In this document: positions 30,652-39,590 of the stretch, piece by piece | How the letters are laid out: each line of letters starts with the position of its first letter | Position numbering within the stretch: position 1 is the first letter of the stretch | Assembly: GCA_038319675.1 (NCBI GenBank) | Contig: JBBQDM010000005.1 | Location: forward strand, 132,850-196,849 | From: Vicinamibacterales bacterium | GTDB taxonomy: Bacteria > Acidobacteriota > Vicinamibacteria > Vicinamibacterales > SCN-69-37 | Direction: 5' to 3' | DNA: 64,000 nucleotides | Translations under genes and position numbers: made by a program | Notes under the pieces: generated by a model | Seen by the model: the letters and a program-made list of their open reading frames with translations, nothing else | The model's database searches: none | What the model was told of the DNA's origin: nothing

Positions 30652-31997
30652 TGGCGTGACTGGCCGTAAAACGAGTCGCGGTCGGTCAGATACCGCCAGG
30701 CCAGTGCGGGCCCTTCACGCGGCAACTCCACAAACGTGACCCATGCATTGTCGCTCAAAGTCAGGCGCTGGCGATCCATGCGATGCGTGCCGAACTGCAC
30801 CAGCAGTCCCAGGTTCCACCAGACGCAGGCCAGCACGGCCGCCCAGGCCAGTCGCCGCGGTTGTTGGTCGGTCGAGAAGACCACAGCGAGCCCCAGCACA
30901 AGCAGGGGCGTGAGCTCCACAAAACGCCGCTGGCCGAAGGCGCCCGCCACGGTCCACGACTCCACGGCGCCGTTGATGTAGACCTGCAGCAGCACCATGA
31001 CGAGCGCACACGCGCCGATCCACGCGCCATCAGGCAGCAGGGTGCGCGTGCGGCCCAGGGCGAGCGCCACCAGACCCGCCAGTGCCAGGACGGCCAACGG
31101 CGTCCACGCAAACCATCCGTGCGCCGGGCTGATCAACACCTCGAAGAAATGCGGAGACGACCACGACATTTTGTTGCCCACCGACTCGTGGGGTCCGATG
31201 TACCCGTTAATCGCGTACGACGCGATCAGGTGCGGCGCAAACGCCGCGATGGCGCACAACGCTCCAACCCCGGCTCTGGTCATCGTCTCTCGCAGTGACT
31301 GGTGGCGCAGCGAGGATCGCAGAAAGTCGATGGCCGGCACGAGCAGAAACAGCACCGTCTGATCGCGCATGGTGCCCATCAACCCACCGGTCAGACCGAG
31401 CGCGACCACTCCCTGAAGCGTCCAGGTGGTGCGCTCGTGGAGCCAGACCCACAGGAACAACGCTACGGCGAATGTGGCGCACGCGTGTGAAAACGGCGGG
31501 GCCACGAACATGTAGAAAATCAGCGGCGTGCCCGCCCCAACCGCCAACGCCGGAGCCAGGCCACGACCGACGACCCGCTGCGCCATCAGCGCAGACAGGG
31601 CAATCGCCATCCACCCGTAGAACGCCGACCCGTAGGCCACAGCCGCGACGTACGGTGCGCTGTAGCCATCCTGCGGCGCACCGGTCAACCCCGCGATCAC
31701 GTGGCCCACCGCGTAAAACGGCGCCCACAATAGCGCCGGGCCAATCGTTCCAAAATTAATCCGGCGTCCCGCCGCCGTAAACCGTTCGGCGAGGAAGGTG
31801 TCGTGGAAGCCCGATCCACCGGCGCCGGCGTCGTGGAAGTGTTGGTACTCGTTCTGGAAACTGAGGTCGCCGTCAAAGGCGAGTGAGCGGAGGAAGGCGA
31901 AGTACTGCACTTCATCCGACGCATAGATACGCGTGGTGACAGCCGGCAACGTGACAAGCGCGAGCAGGGCGCACAGGACGATGGTTCGGCGCATCAC
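30648..31997 (-). CDS. polytopic GT-C-like membrane protein (paralog C, lacks the C-terminal soluble domain)
   Basis: 449 aa. 'IYASDEVQYFAFLRSLAFDGDLSFQNEY', 'GPALLWAPFYAVGH', 'DGYSAPY', 'MRDQT' align with paralogs A and B. Confidence 0.6.
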   Translation of the reverse strand: MMRRTIVLCALLALVTLPAVTTRIYASDEVQYFAFLRSLAFDGDLSFQNEYQHFHDAGAGGSGFHDTFLAERFTAAGRRINFGTIGPALLWAPFYAVGHVIAGLTGAPQDGYSAPYVAAVAYGSAFYGWMAIALSALMAQRVVGRGLAPALAVGAGTPLIFYMFVAPPFSHACATFAVALFLWVWLHERTTWTLQGVVALGLTGGLMGTMRDQTVLFLLVPAIDFLRSSLRHQSLRETMTRAGVGALCAIAAFAPHLIASYAINGYIGPHESVGNKMSWSSPHFFEVLISPAHGWFAWTPLAVLALAGLVALALGRTRTLLPDGAWIGACALVMVLLQVYINGAVESWTVAGAFGQRRFVELTPLLVLGLAVVFSTDQQPRRLAWAAVLACVWWNLGLLVQFGTHRMDRQRLTLSDNAWVTFVELPREGPALAWRYLTDRDSFYGQSRQ

Positions 31998-32764
31998 CGT
32001 GGTGGAACTCCGAGCGAGGTGGCCAGCACCTGCTGCAACACCATGGCGCCGTTGAAGCCCGCGTGGTTGGCCATACTGGCCGCCACCGACCGTCGCCAGA
32101 TGTACACCGCGCCCCAGCCCATCCCCATCAGGCCGATGGCAAGCGCGACGTCGTACCCCTGGTCAATGTGCAGAATGCCGAAGATCAGACCGAACACCAG
32201 GTTGCCGATCCAGGCACCGCCCAGCCCCTGGGCCGCGCGATGCAGGATGAAGCCGCGCTGCAACTCTTCGCGCACGCCACCGGCGAGCACCACGACGACC
32301 GCAAAGATCGCGGCATCAAACGGGTTTTGCATGAACGCGGCCAGGGGATTCTCGGGCACCGTGTGCAGCCACGGCGCGATCCAGCGCAATCCGGCCACCA
32401 GACCGGTGAGCGCGATGAACACCACCGGCACAAACAACAGGCCCCGAAATATCTCCGGCAGGATCGGCCGGGTGCCGAAAAAGACATCGTGCGACTTCTC
32501 GCCGCTGACCTTGAGGAACGTGAAGATCAGCAACGCCACCAGCGCGGTGTCAATGAAACTCACCGTGGCAATAAACTCGAGCGACAACCCAGCACTGCTA
32601 TACGGGGCCATGCCCAGAGCGACGATGAGGACGCCGGCGACCAGCAGTTGCGTGGGGAAGCCGGAGACCGCGATCACCTGCAGGAGTGTGAGGCCCCAAT
32701 GTGATGGTGGGGTGGGCGTGGTGACGACCGGCGAAACCGGAGTGTCGAGAGTTTCGCCAAGCAT
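31994..32764 (-). CDS. CPBP-family (CAAX-type) intramembrane glutamic protease
   Basis: Motifs 'GGVREELQRGF' (EExxxR), 'FGLIFGILH' (FxxxH) and 'ANHAGFNG' (HxxxN/D) in a 6-7 TM protein. First gene of the minus-strand operon. Confidence 0.8.
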   Translation of the reverse strand: MLGETLDTPVSPVVTTPTPPSHWGLTLLQVIAVSGFPTQLLVAGVLIVALGMAPYSSAGLSLEFIATVSFIDTALVALLIFTFLKVSGEKSHDVFFGTRPILPEIFRGLLFVPVVFIALTGLVAGLRWIAPWLHTVPENPLAAFMQNPFDAAIFAVVVVLAGGVREELQRGFILHRAAQGLGGAWIGNLVFGLIFGILHIDQGYDVALAIGLMGMGWGAVYIWRRSVAASMANHAGFNGAMVLQQVLATSLGVPPR

Positions 32765-32940
32765 CCGAGCAACAATATCAGTGCCCCGAGCCTCCCCTTT
32801 GTTTCGTGATATCTTCGCTTTTGTCGAAGGAGTCCGTTCGTCCAGTGACGACGTGTAACAGGCATGAAAAATAGGGCAGGTGAAAAAACGTCAGTACTGA
32901 CAGGGGTTCTCTCAAGATGTCGCGGCATCAGGCCGATAGA

Positions 32941-32957
32941 ACCACCATATGGTGTGG
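32941..32957. promoter_or_regulatory. NrdR-box-like palindrome upstream of nrdJ
   Basis: The perfect palindrome CACCATATGGTG (32943-32954) lies within accaccatatggtgtgg. Read as CAC-N8-GTG it matches about 11-12 of 16 positions of the NrdR box consensus as I remember it (acaCwAtATaTwGtgt). A possible -35 TTGACT (32966-32971) and -10 CATATT (32989-32994, 17-nt spacer) follow. There is no convincing second box. Confidence 0.3.
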
Positions 32958-33198
32958 GTTCTGCCTTGACTTCAACGCAGCACGGGCGCATATTCGTTCC
33001 CCGGCACCGCAACAGCCGATCCGAGGGTTCCCAGCTTCTCGGACGTGACTTTGCCTCCTCGCTTTCCACCGGAATGGTCCGGCGGGAATCCAGGAGGAGG
33101 GCCCTGTTGTTGGCGTCGCAGTTGAAGGGTCTTGGCGGGAACAAGGACCGTATCCGGGGCGGATGCGGCGCTATGTACGAAGGTATGAGGTCACAACG

Positions 33199-36000
33199 AT
33201 GCAAACAGCCCAGAGCGTAGGAACCACGGTGGCAGACACGACGACTCGAGAGACGGGACGGACCTTTGGTCCGGGCGCGTCGATAGCTGGACTCGAGTTT
33301 GAACGGTACTTCACTGGTGATGGCGTCGATCCGTTCGAGGAGGTCGAGTGGGAGTTGCGCTCGGCCGTGATTTCGAACGAACGCGGCGAGGTCGTGTTTG
33401 AGCAACGCGACGTCGAGTTTCCGAAGTTCTGGTCGCAGCAGGCGACCAACATCGTGGTGTCGAAGTATTTCCGCGGACAGCTGGGGGCTCCCGATCGTGA
33501 ACGGTCGGTGAAGCAGCTGGTGGGGCGCGTCGTGGACACGATCACCCGGTGGGCGCGTGAGCAGGGGTATTTCGCCTCGGAAGATGATCTGCAGGCGTTC
33601 AGCGACGACCTGAAGCACCTGCTGGTGTATCAGAAGGGCTCGTTCAACAGCCCCGTGTGGTTCAACTGCGGTTTCGAGAAGGCGCCGCAGTGTTCGGCGT
33701 GTTTCATCAACGCGGTGCAGGACACGATGGAGTCGATCCTCGGCCTGGCCAAGACCGAAGGCATGTTGTTCAAGTTCGGTTCTGGCACGGGCTCGAACCT
33801 GTCGGCCATCCGCTCCTCAAAGGAAGTGCTCGCCGGCGGCGGCACGGCCTCGGGTCCGGTGTCCTTCATGAAGGGATTCGACGCGTTTGCGGGCGTCATC
33901 AAGTCGGGCGGCAAGACGCGTCGCGCGGCCAAGATGGTGATTCTCAATGCGGAGCACCCCGACATCGAAGAGTTCATCAACTGCAAGGTCGAGGAAGAGA
34001 AGAAGGCCTGGGCACTCATTGACGCCGGCTACGATGGCTCCTTCACAGGCGTGGCCTACGGCTCGGTGTTTTTCCAGAACTCGAACAACTCCGTGCGTGT
34101 CACCGACGAGTTCATGCGCGCGGTGCTTGACGACTCCGAGTGGCAGACGCGGTCGGTCACGACCGGTGAGGTCGTGGACACGTACAAGGCGCGTGAGCTG
34201 ATGCGGCAGATCGCGCAGGGCACCTGGGTGTGCGGTGATCCCGGCATGCAGTACGACACGACGGTCAACGACTGGCACACGTGCCCGAACACGGCGCGTA
34301 TCAACGCCAGCAACCCGTGCTCGGAATACATGTTCCTCGACGACTCGGCCTGCAACCTCGCGTCGATCAATCTCATGAAGTTCGTGGATGACGCCGGCGA
34401 GTTTGATTTCGACGGCTTTGAAGCGGCGTGCAAGACGTTCATCACGGCACAGGAAATCCTGGTCGACAACTCGAGCTACCCGACGGCATCGATCGCGCGC
34501 AACAGTCACGCGTATCGTCCGCTCGGCCTCGGGTACGCCAACCTGGGTGCCCTGTTGATGTCGCGCGGCCTGCCGTATGACAGCGACGCCGGTCGCGACT
34601 ACGCGGCGGCCATTACCGCCATCATGCACGGCTCGGCGTATGCGCAGAGTGCGCGTGTGGCTCGTGATCACGGTGGTCCGTTCCCGGGTTACGAGAAGAA
34701 CCGCGAGCCGATGCTGCGCGTGATGAAAAAACATCGCGCCGCGCTCAAGGACATCGACAAGACGGCCGTGCCGAAGCCGATGTACAACAAGGCCCGCGAC
34801 ATCTGGAACGAGTGCGTGGAACTGGGCGAAGCCCATGGCTACCGCAACGCCCAGTCGACGGTGCTCGCGCCGACCGGCACAATCGGCTTCATGATGGACT
34901 GCGACACCACGGGCGTGGAGCCGGACATCGCGCTGGTCAAATACAAAAAACTCGTCGGCGGCGGCATGATGAAGATCGTCAACGGCACCGTGCCGATGGC
35001 GCTCACCAAACTGGGCTACACCCAGGCGCAGGTGACTGACATCCTCGCGCATATCGACGATCAGGAAACGATCGAAGGCGCCCCGCACCTCAAGGACGCG
35101 CACCTCGCGGTGTTTGACTGCGCGTTCAAACCGATGAAGGGCACACGCTCGATCCACTACATGGGCCACATCAAGATGATGGGCGCCGTGCAGCCGTTCA
35201 TCTCGGGCGCGATCAGCAAGACGGTGAACGTGCCGAGGGAAGCGACGGTCGAGGACATCGAACAGGCCTACATCGACTCGTGGCGTATTGGTGCCAAGGC
35301 GGTGTCGATCTACCGTGACGGCTCCAAGCGCACACAGCCGCTCAACACCTCGAAGGCCGCCATCCAGCGCGCCGGCGTGCTCGAGCAGGCGACCGAGGCG
35401 GCACCGATGCCGGCCCGGCACAAGCTGCCCGACGAACGTCAGTCGATCACGCACAAGTTCGACATCGCGGGCCACGAAGGCTACATCACCGTCGGGCTCT
35501 ACGAAGACGGCATGCCCGGCGAACTGTTCCTGACGATGGCCAAGGAGGGCTCGACGATTTCGGGTTTTGCCGACGCGTTCGCTCAGGCGATCAGCTACGC
35601 GCTGCAGTACGGTGTGCCGCTGCAGGATCTGGTGGACAAGTTCAGCCACGTCCGCTTCGAACCGGCCGGCATGACGAAAAACGCCGACATCCGCTTCGCC
35701 AAGTCCATCGTGGACTACATCTTCCGATGGATGGCCGCGAAGTTCCTGTCGCCCGAAGCGCAGTACCAGGCGGGCCTGAACGTGCCCGAGACGGTCACCA
35801 CGCCCGAGCAGTTGACGCTCGACGTGGCGGCCCTCGCCGAAGCGGCGCCAGCCGCGAAGGCGGGCCCGGTGGGCTCCAAGTTCGCGGCGATGCAGAACCA
35901 GTCCGACGCACCACCCTGTTCGACCTGCGGCTCGATCATGGTGCGCTCAGGCTCCTGCTACAAGTGCGCCAATTGCGGCACGACGAGCGGCTGCGCGTAA
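33199..36000 (+). CDS. nrdJ: class II (adenosylcobalamin-dependent) ribonucleotide reductase
   Basis: 'FWSQQATNIVVSKYFRG', 'SPVWFNCG', 'CSACFI', 'FKFGSGTGSNLSAIR', 'SNPCSEYMFLDDSACNLASINL', 'APTGTI', C-terminal Zn-ribbon 'CSTCGSIMVRSGSCYKCANCG'. Start at ATG 33199 (GAGG 8 nt upstream). The ORF maximum is 33163. Confidence 0.95.
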   Translation: MQTAQSVGTTVADTTTRETGRTFGPGASIAGLEFERYFTGDGVDPFEEVEWELRSAVISNERGEVVFEQRDVEFPKFWSQQATNIVVSKYFRGQLGAPDRERSVKQLVGRVVDTITRWAREQGYFASEDDLQAFSDDLKHLLVYQKGSFNSPVWFNCGFEKAPQCSACFINAVQDTMESILGLAKTEGMLFKFGSGTGSNLSAIRSSKEVLAGGGTASGPVSFMKGFDAFAGVIKSGGKTRRAAKMVILNAEHPDIEEFINCKVEEEKKAWALIDAGYDGSFTGVAYGSVFFQNSNNSVRVTDEFMRAVLDDSEWQTRSVTTGEVVDTYKARELMRQIAQGTWVCGDPGMQYDTTVNDWHTCPNTARINASNPCSEYMFLDDSACNLASINLMKFVDDAGEFDFDGFEAACKTFITAQEILVDNSSYPTASIARNSHAYRPLGLGYANLGALLMSRGLPYDSDAGRDYAAAITAIMHGSAYAQSARVARDHGGPFPGYEKNREPMLRVMKKHRAALKDIDKTAVPKPMYNKARDIWNECVELGEAHGYRNAQSTVLAPTGTIGFMMDCDTTGVEPDIALVKYKKLVGGGMMKIVNGTVPMALTKLGYTQAQVTDILAHIDDQETIEGAPHLKDAHLAVFDCAFKPMKGTRSIHYMGHIKMMGAVQPFISGAISKTVNVPREATVEDIEQAYIDSWRIGAKAVSIYRDGSKRTQPLNTSKAAIQRAGVLEQATEAAPMPARHKLPDERQSITHKFDIAGHEGYITVGLYEDGMPGELFLTMAKEGSTISGFADAFAQAISYALQYGVPLQDLVDKFSHVRFEPAGMTKNADIRFAKSIVDYIFRWMAAKFLSPEAQYQAGLNVPETVTTPEQLTLDVAALAEAAPAAKAGPVGSKFAAMQNQSDAPPCSTCGSIMVRSGSCYKCANCGTTSGCA

Positions 36001-36065
36001 ACGCAGCTTGCCCGCCGTAGCCTTGGCGAAGGCGGGTCCGCGGTCCGAAGTTCGGAGACAGATTA

Positions 36066-36100
36066 GGGCGGAGGGAGCAATCCTTCCGCCCCTTTTGTTT
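36066..36100 (+). terminator. intrinsic terminator of nrdJ
   Basis: 11-bp stem gggcggaggga / tccttccgccc (one G-U pair), loop gcaa, followed by cttttgttt. Confidence 0.7.
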
Positions 36101-36162
36101 GGCCACCCCTCGATGATCCCCTGTGCGGACCGCGGACTGCGTACTGCGTGTATGCTCTCGCA

Positions 36163-37791
36163 ATGACGCTGCTCCGACTTGCGCTCCTTACTGTCATCGT
36201 CACTCAGGCGACCCCGTCGTCGTCACCAATTCCGGCGCATGTGCGCACTGCGGCCGATGGAATTGTCGCCGAGCAGTTGGCACGTGACCTGGCGTTTCTG
36301 GCCTCCGACGACCTCCAGGGCCGAGCTACACCGTCACCAGGCTTCGACAAGGCCGCCGACTACATCGTCAATCGCCTGAAAAAGGCCGGCGTGACGCCGG
36401 CTGGTGACAACGGCACGTACCTGCAGACGTACGAGATGCACGAGTCTCGTGTAGATGCGGCAGGGGCATTCATTCAAATCGGTGAAACCGGACGGTTGCG
36501 CGCTGACACAGACTTCGTGCTCCGGTCGTTTGCCGGTGAACCGCTCAGCGGCACATGGCCGGTCGTGTACGTCGGTCACGGATGGGTGATCCCCGACAAG
36601 GGCATTGATCCGTATGCCGGCGTGGACGTGCGCGGCAAAGTGGTGCTGACGCACGGACCACGAGCGATGCCCAAAGACGTGACGATTCAGCAGTTCGGTC
36701 GCGTGACCGTCGGCGCGAGCAACGTAACGACCGAAGCGGCGCGCCGTGGCGCGGTGGCGGTTGTGATGATTCCGCAGACCAGTGCCCAGCCGGGCTGGTG
36801 GCAGCAACTGCAGGGGCAGAACATGGTGCGCCGGGAACTGCACCCGTGGGTGCCGTCCGCGTACGCCGCAGCGCAGGTGACATCCGCATTGCTGACGCGG
36901 GACGCCATCGACGCGCTCATGACAGGCGAGTCCTTCACTGCCGCCGACATCGTCGCGCGAGGCGACAACCAGGATTACCCGGCAAGTTTCGCGCTCTCCA
37001 AGACCATTACCTTCAGCATCCCCTCTACAAAGCAGGTGCACCGGCCCTACAACATCGTCGCGAAGATTGAAGGGCGTGATCCGGCGCTGCGAAACGAATA
37101 CATCACGGTGATGGCGCACCTGGATGGCGCGGTGGGCACCCGGACGGTTGATGGCGACAACATCTACAACTCGGCCGACGACAACGCGACAGGCAGCGCG
37201 ACGATGCTGTCGATCGTCGAGCAGATGATGACCATCGAGCGGCCGAAGCGGTCGATGATCTTCGTGTGGGACAGCGGGGAAGAAGTGGGGCTGTGGGGCA
37301 CGCGCCACTTTGTGGCGAATCCCCCTGTGCCGTTGTCGTCAGTGGTCGCGCACTTCAACATCGACATGGTTGGTGCCACACGGGCCCCTGGCACGGCCGA
37401 TGCGGACTCGCCCGATGCGACGGGGCCGAACGAGGTGTTTTTGATCGGTCCCGGTGTGCTGAGTGCCACCGCCAGCGCCTTCATCGAGCGCGTGAATGCG
37501 GGCTATCTGAACATGAGGCTGAACCGCAAGGACGACCGCTGGGACAGCGAGTTCTTCTACCCGCGCACCGATGCCGGTCCGTTTCTCGAGCGCGGCATCC
37601 TGACCATCGGCTGGACCACCGGTCTCCACCGGCGGTATCACCTGCCGGTCGACGAAGCGCAGTTCCTCGATCCGGTGAAGATGCAGGCGATTGGGCGCAC
37701 CGTTTTCGCCACGTTGTGGATGATGGCCGACGATGCCGCACGGCCGCGCATTGAGAACCCGATTCCGGTGTCGGTCCCTCGCCACAAATAG
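36163..37791 (+). CDS. M28-family metallo-aminopeptidase with PA domain
   Basis: Signal peptide 'MTLLRLALLTVIV'. 'MAHLDG...NSADDNATGSATMLSI', 'FVWDSGEEVGLWGTRHF', 'HRRYHLPVD' are M28 zinc-ligand contexts. Confidence 0.85.
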   Translation: MTLLRLALLTVIVTQATPSSSPIPAHVRTAADGIVAEQLARDLAFLASDDLQGRATPSPGFDKAADYIVNRLKKAGVTPAGDNGTYLQTYEMHESRVDAAGAFIQIGETGRLRADTDFVLRSFAGEPLSGTWPVVYVGHGWVIPDKGIDPYAGVDVRGKVVLTHGPRAMPKDVTIQQFGRVTVGASNVTTEAARRGAVAVVMIPQTSAQPGWWQQLQGQNMVRRELHPWVPSAYAAAQVTSALLTRDAIDALMTGESFTAADIVARGDNQDYPASFALSKTITFSIPSTKQVHRPYNIVAKIEGRDPALRNEYITVMAHLDGAVGTRTVDGDNIYNSADDNATGSATMLSIVEQMMTIERPKRSMIFVWDSGEEVGLWGTRHFVANPPVPLSSVVAHFNIDMVGATRAPGTADADSPDATGPNEVFLIGPGVLSATASAFIERVNAGYLNMRLNRKDDRWDSEFFYPRTDAGPFLERGILTIGWTTGLHRRYHLPVDEAQFLDPVKMQAIGRTVFATLWMMADDAARPRIENPIPVSVPRHK

Positions 37792-37819
37792 CCAAGTCGA
37801 TCCCCCTACAATAGGCCCC

Positions 37820-39454
37820 ATGAAACACATGGTGGCGGCAGCTCTCGTGCTGATGGTCTCTGGAACAGGCTGGCTGGCAGCACAGGCCCAGTCGAATACG
37901 CGGGTCGACGACGTGACGGTGCGAGCGCGCGAAGGCTATGTCACGCTGACGTGGCGACCGGTGCCTGGGGCGTCGTCATACGAAATCGAGCGTGCCGGCA
38001 CCGTTGTTGGTATCTGGCGTCCGAACCGCCAGGTGCGCTCCGAGACTCCCGTGTTTGCTGACGCTGGCTTTGTGCCCGGCGGCACCCTGACGTGGCGCGT
38101 GCGCGCGATGATCGGCGAGGCCGCGCAGGAATGGTCAGCGCCGGTGAGCGCCATGACGCTGGTCTCGCCTGGACCGACTGAGTTCCGAACGGGATTTGAG
38201 TCGCGCGACGGCGCCGAGTACACGACCTACGACGAAGAGAACGATTGGACCAGCCGCATCGTGGCCGCCAGTCCGCGTGTACGTGTGGTGCCGCTCGGCA
38301 CCACGCCGCAGGGCCGTACGATGAATCTCTTTGTGATCGGGCATCCTGCACCGAATGGTTCGGTGGCTGAGATCACCAACGGGCCGACCGCAGGCGCCAA
38401 CTGCAACGTGCACGGCAACGAGCCGTCCGGCCGCGAAGGCTGCTTTCTGATGATTCGCGAACTGGCGTTCTCGAACGAGCCGTGGGTGGTCGACATCCTG
38501 TCGAATGCCACCGTGCTCATCGTGCCGTCCTTTAACGCCGACGGACGCGCCAACAACACCCGCGGCAACTCTGCGGGACAGGATCTGAATCGTGACCATG
38601 CGCGCCTGACGCAGCCGGAGTCCCAGATCTTCGCGGCCTTTCTGCGCGACTACACGCCTGAAGTCATGGTGGATGGCCACGAGTACGGCAACGCGAATAC
38701 CTGCGACCTGCCGCTCCTCTGGCCGCGACACAGCAACACCGCACCGTCGGTGCACGACATGGCGAAGACCGGGTTGGTGGAGGGGCAGTTCTACGACGCG
38801 AGTGCCGAAGACGGCTGGTGGCCGTGTCCGTACCCGCCGCGCGGCATCGACGGCGCGCAAACGTTTACGCGCGTGACGGGCTTGAAGAACATGGTGACGA
38901 CGCTGGTGGAGGCGCGCTCGGGTGGTGGCCCCACTCGTCCGGCCGAAGCCGGCAACACGGCCGAGAACCGGCGTCGCAAGGCGTACTCGCAGCTGTGGGC
39001 GATTCGACAGGCGCTGACCTTTCATCGCGCTCATCGGCCCGCCATCGCGAAGGCGATCGCTGACGCCGTGGCCTTCCAGCGTTCGAACACCGGCCCCATC
39101 GTCTTTCATGGCGACTGGGATGTGCCGGCGTTTCCGGCTCCGCACCCGGGCGAGACGGCACCGCCCGGGGCGACGCCTGGAGCTGACCAGATGGTCACCC
39201 CGCCGCCCTGCGGCTACTTCATCACCGAGGCGCAGTACACGGCGAAGCTGACCGACAGCGGGAAGCTGCCCGAAGCGCTGTGGACGTCCATCGGTGATCG
39301 GCTGGCCGCACATGGTGTGACCGTCGAACAGCGCGAGGGTGGTTACTTCGTACCCCTGGCCCAGCCGCTGCGTGGACTCATCAACATTCTGCTCGATGAG
39401 CAGACGCCACCTGCACCGATCATGGCGGCTGAACGACGCATGAGCTGCAGTTGA
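37820..39454 (+). CDS. M14-family zinc carboxypeptidase with N-terminal Fn3-like domain
   Basis: Signal peptide 'MKHMVAAALVLMVSGTGWLAAQA'. 'YVTLTWRPVPGASSYEIER' (Fn3-like). 'NCNVHGNEPSGREGC' (HxxE), 'NADGR', 'VMVDGHEYG'. The ORF start at 37733 is rejected. Confidence 0.85.
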   Translation: MKHMVAAALVLMVSGTGWLAAQAQSNTRVDDVTVRAREGYVTLTWRPVPGASSYEIERAGTVVGIWRPNRQVRSETPVFADAGFVPGGTLTWRVRAMIGEAAQEWSAPVSAMTLVSPGPTEFRTGFESRDGAEYTTYDEENDWTSRIVAASPRVRVVPLGTTPQGRTMNLFVIGHPAPNGSVAEITNGPTAGANCNVHGNEPSGREGCFLMIRELAFSNEPWVVDILSNATVLIVPSFNADGRANNTRGNSAGQDLNRDHARLTQPESQIFAAFLRDYTPEVMVDGHEYGNANTCDLPLLWPRHSNTAPSVHDMAKTGLVEGQFYDASAEDGWWPCPYPPRGIDGAQTFTRVTGLKNMVTTLVEARSGGGPTRPAEAGNTAENRRRKAYSQLWAIRQALTFHRAHRPAIAKAIADAVAFQRSNTGPIVFHGDWDVPAFPAPHPGETAPPGATPGADQMVTPPPCGYFITEAQYTAKLTDSGKLPEALWTSIGDRLAAHGVTVEQREGGYFVPLAQPLRGLINILLDEQTPPAPIMAAERRMSCS

Positions 39455-39530
39455 TGCGGCTATACCGTGCGATTCAAGATGCCCCGGGGGCACCGGCGGA
39501 CCTCTCACGCATCGATGGAGTCACCGTCTA

Positions 39531-39548
39531 TTCGTCTTAAATGACGAA
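39531..39548. promoter_or_regulatory. putative HipB operator 1 (TTCGTC-N6-GACGAA)
   Basis: ttcgtc ttaaat gacgaa, in an AT-rich stretch 43 bp upstream of the hipB ATG. Overlaps a possible -35 (atgacg, 39541-39546). Confidence 0.6.
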
Positions 39549-39569
39549 ATAAAGCCATTTGATGCTAAT

Positions 39570-39589
39570 ATTCGTCATATACGACGAAT
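39570..39589. promoter_or_regulatory. putative HipB operator 2 (ATTCGTC-N6-GACGAAT)
   Basis: attcgtc atatac gacgaat, perfect 7-bp arms, ending 1 nt before the hipB ATG. Centre-to-centre distance to operator 1 is 40 bp. A possible -10 TAATAT lies at 39566-39571. Confidence 0.6.
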
Positions 39590-39590
39590 T

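Noticed and set aside
32890-32901. Perfect 12-bp palindrome GTCAGTACTGAC in the divergent spacer, and a putative second NrdR box around 32985-32996
   Set aside because: Roughly 64000/4^6, or about 16, perfect 12-bp palindromes are expected by chance in a window this size under uniform composition. This palindrome matches no consensus I know. The second box candidate matches only about 4 of 6 positions per half-site.
33000-33198. Possible cobalamin riboswitch in the nrdJ leader (GGGAAUCC-like run, about 200 nt long)
   Set aside because: I could not find the B12 box (approximately AGYCMGGAGACCKGCC) or the conserved GCCACUG element. B12 riboswitches normally repress B12-independent RNRs rather than nrdJ. 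An Infernal/Rfam scan would be needed to settle it.
32864-33220. 118-aa plus-strand ORF filling the nrdJ upstream region
   Set aside because: It uses many A/T-ending codons, unlike every confident gene here. It runs across the candidate promoter and NrdR-like site and into the nrdJ start. No motif was recognised. I treat it as non-coding leader.
33817-35649. 610-aa minus-strand ORF antisense to nrdJ. Similar long antisense or alternative-frame ORFs occur at 3569..4426, 8401..9438, 10161..11123, 11795..13372, 17551..18504, 23636..24856, 43558..44607, 45327..46463, 49097..50215 and 59968..61050.
   Set aside because: They lie opposite or out of frame to genes with unmistakable family motifs. 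Their translations are Arg/Ala/Gly/His-rich with no recognisable motifs, as expected for stop-codon-poor alternative frames in high-GC DNA.
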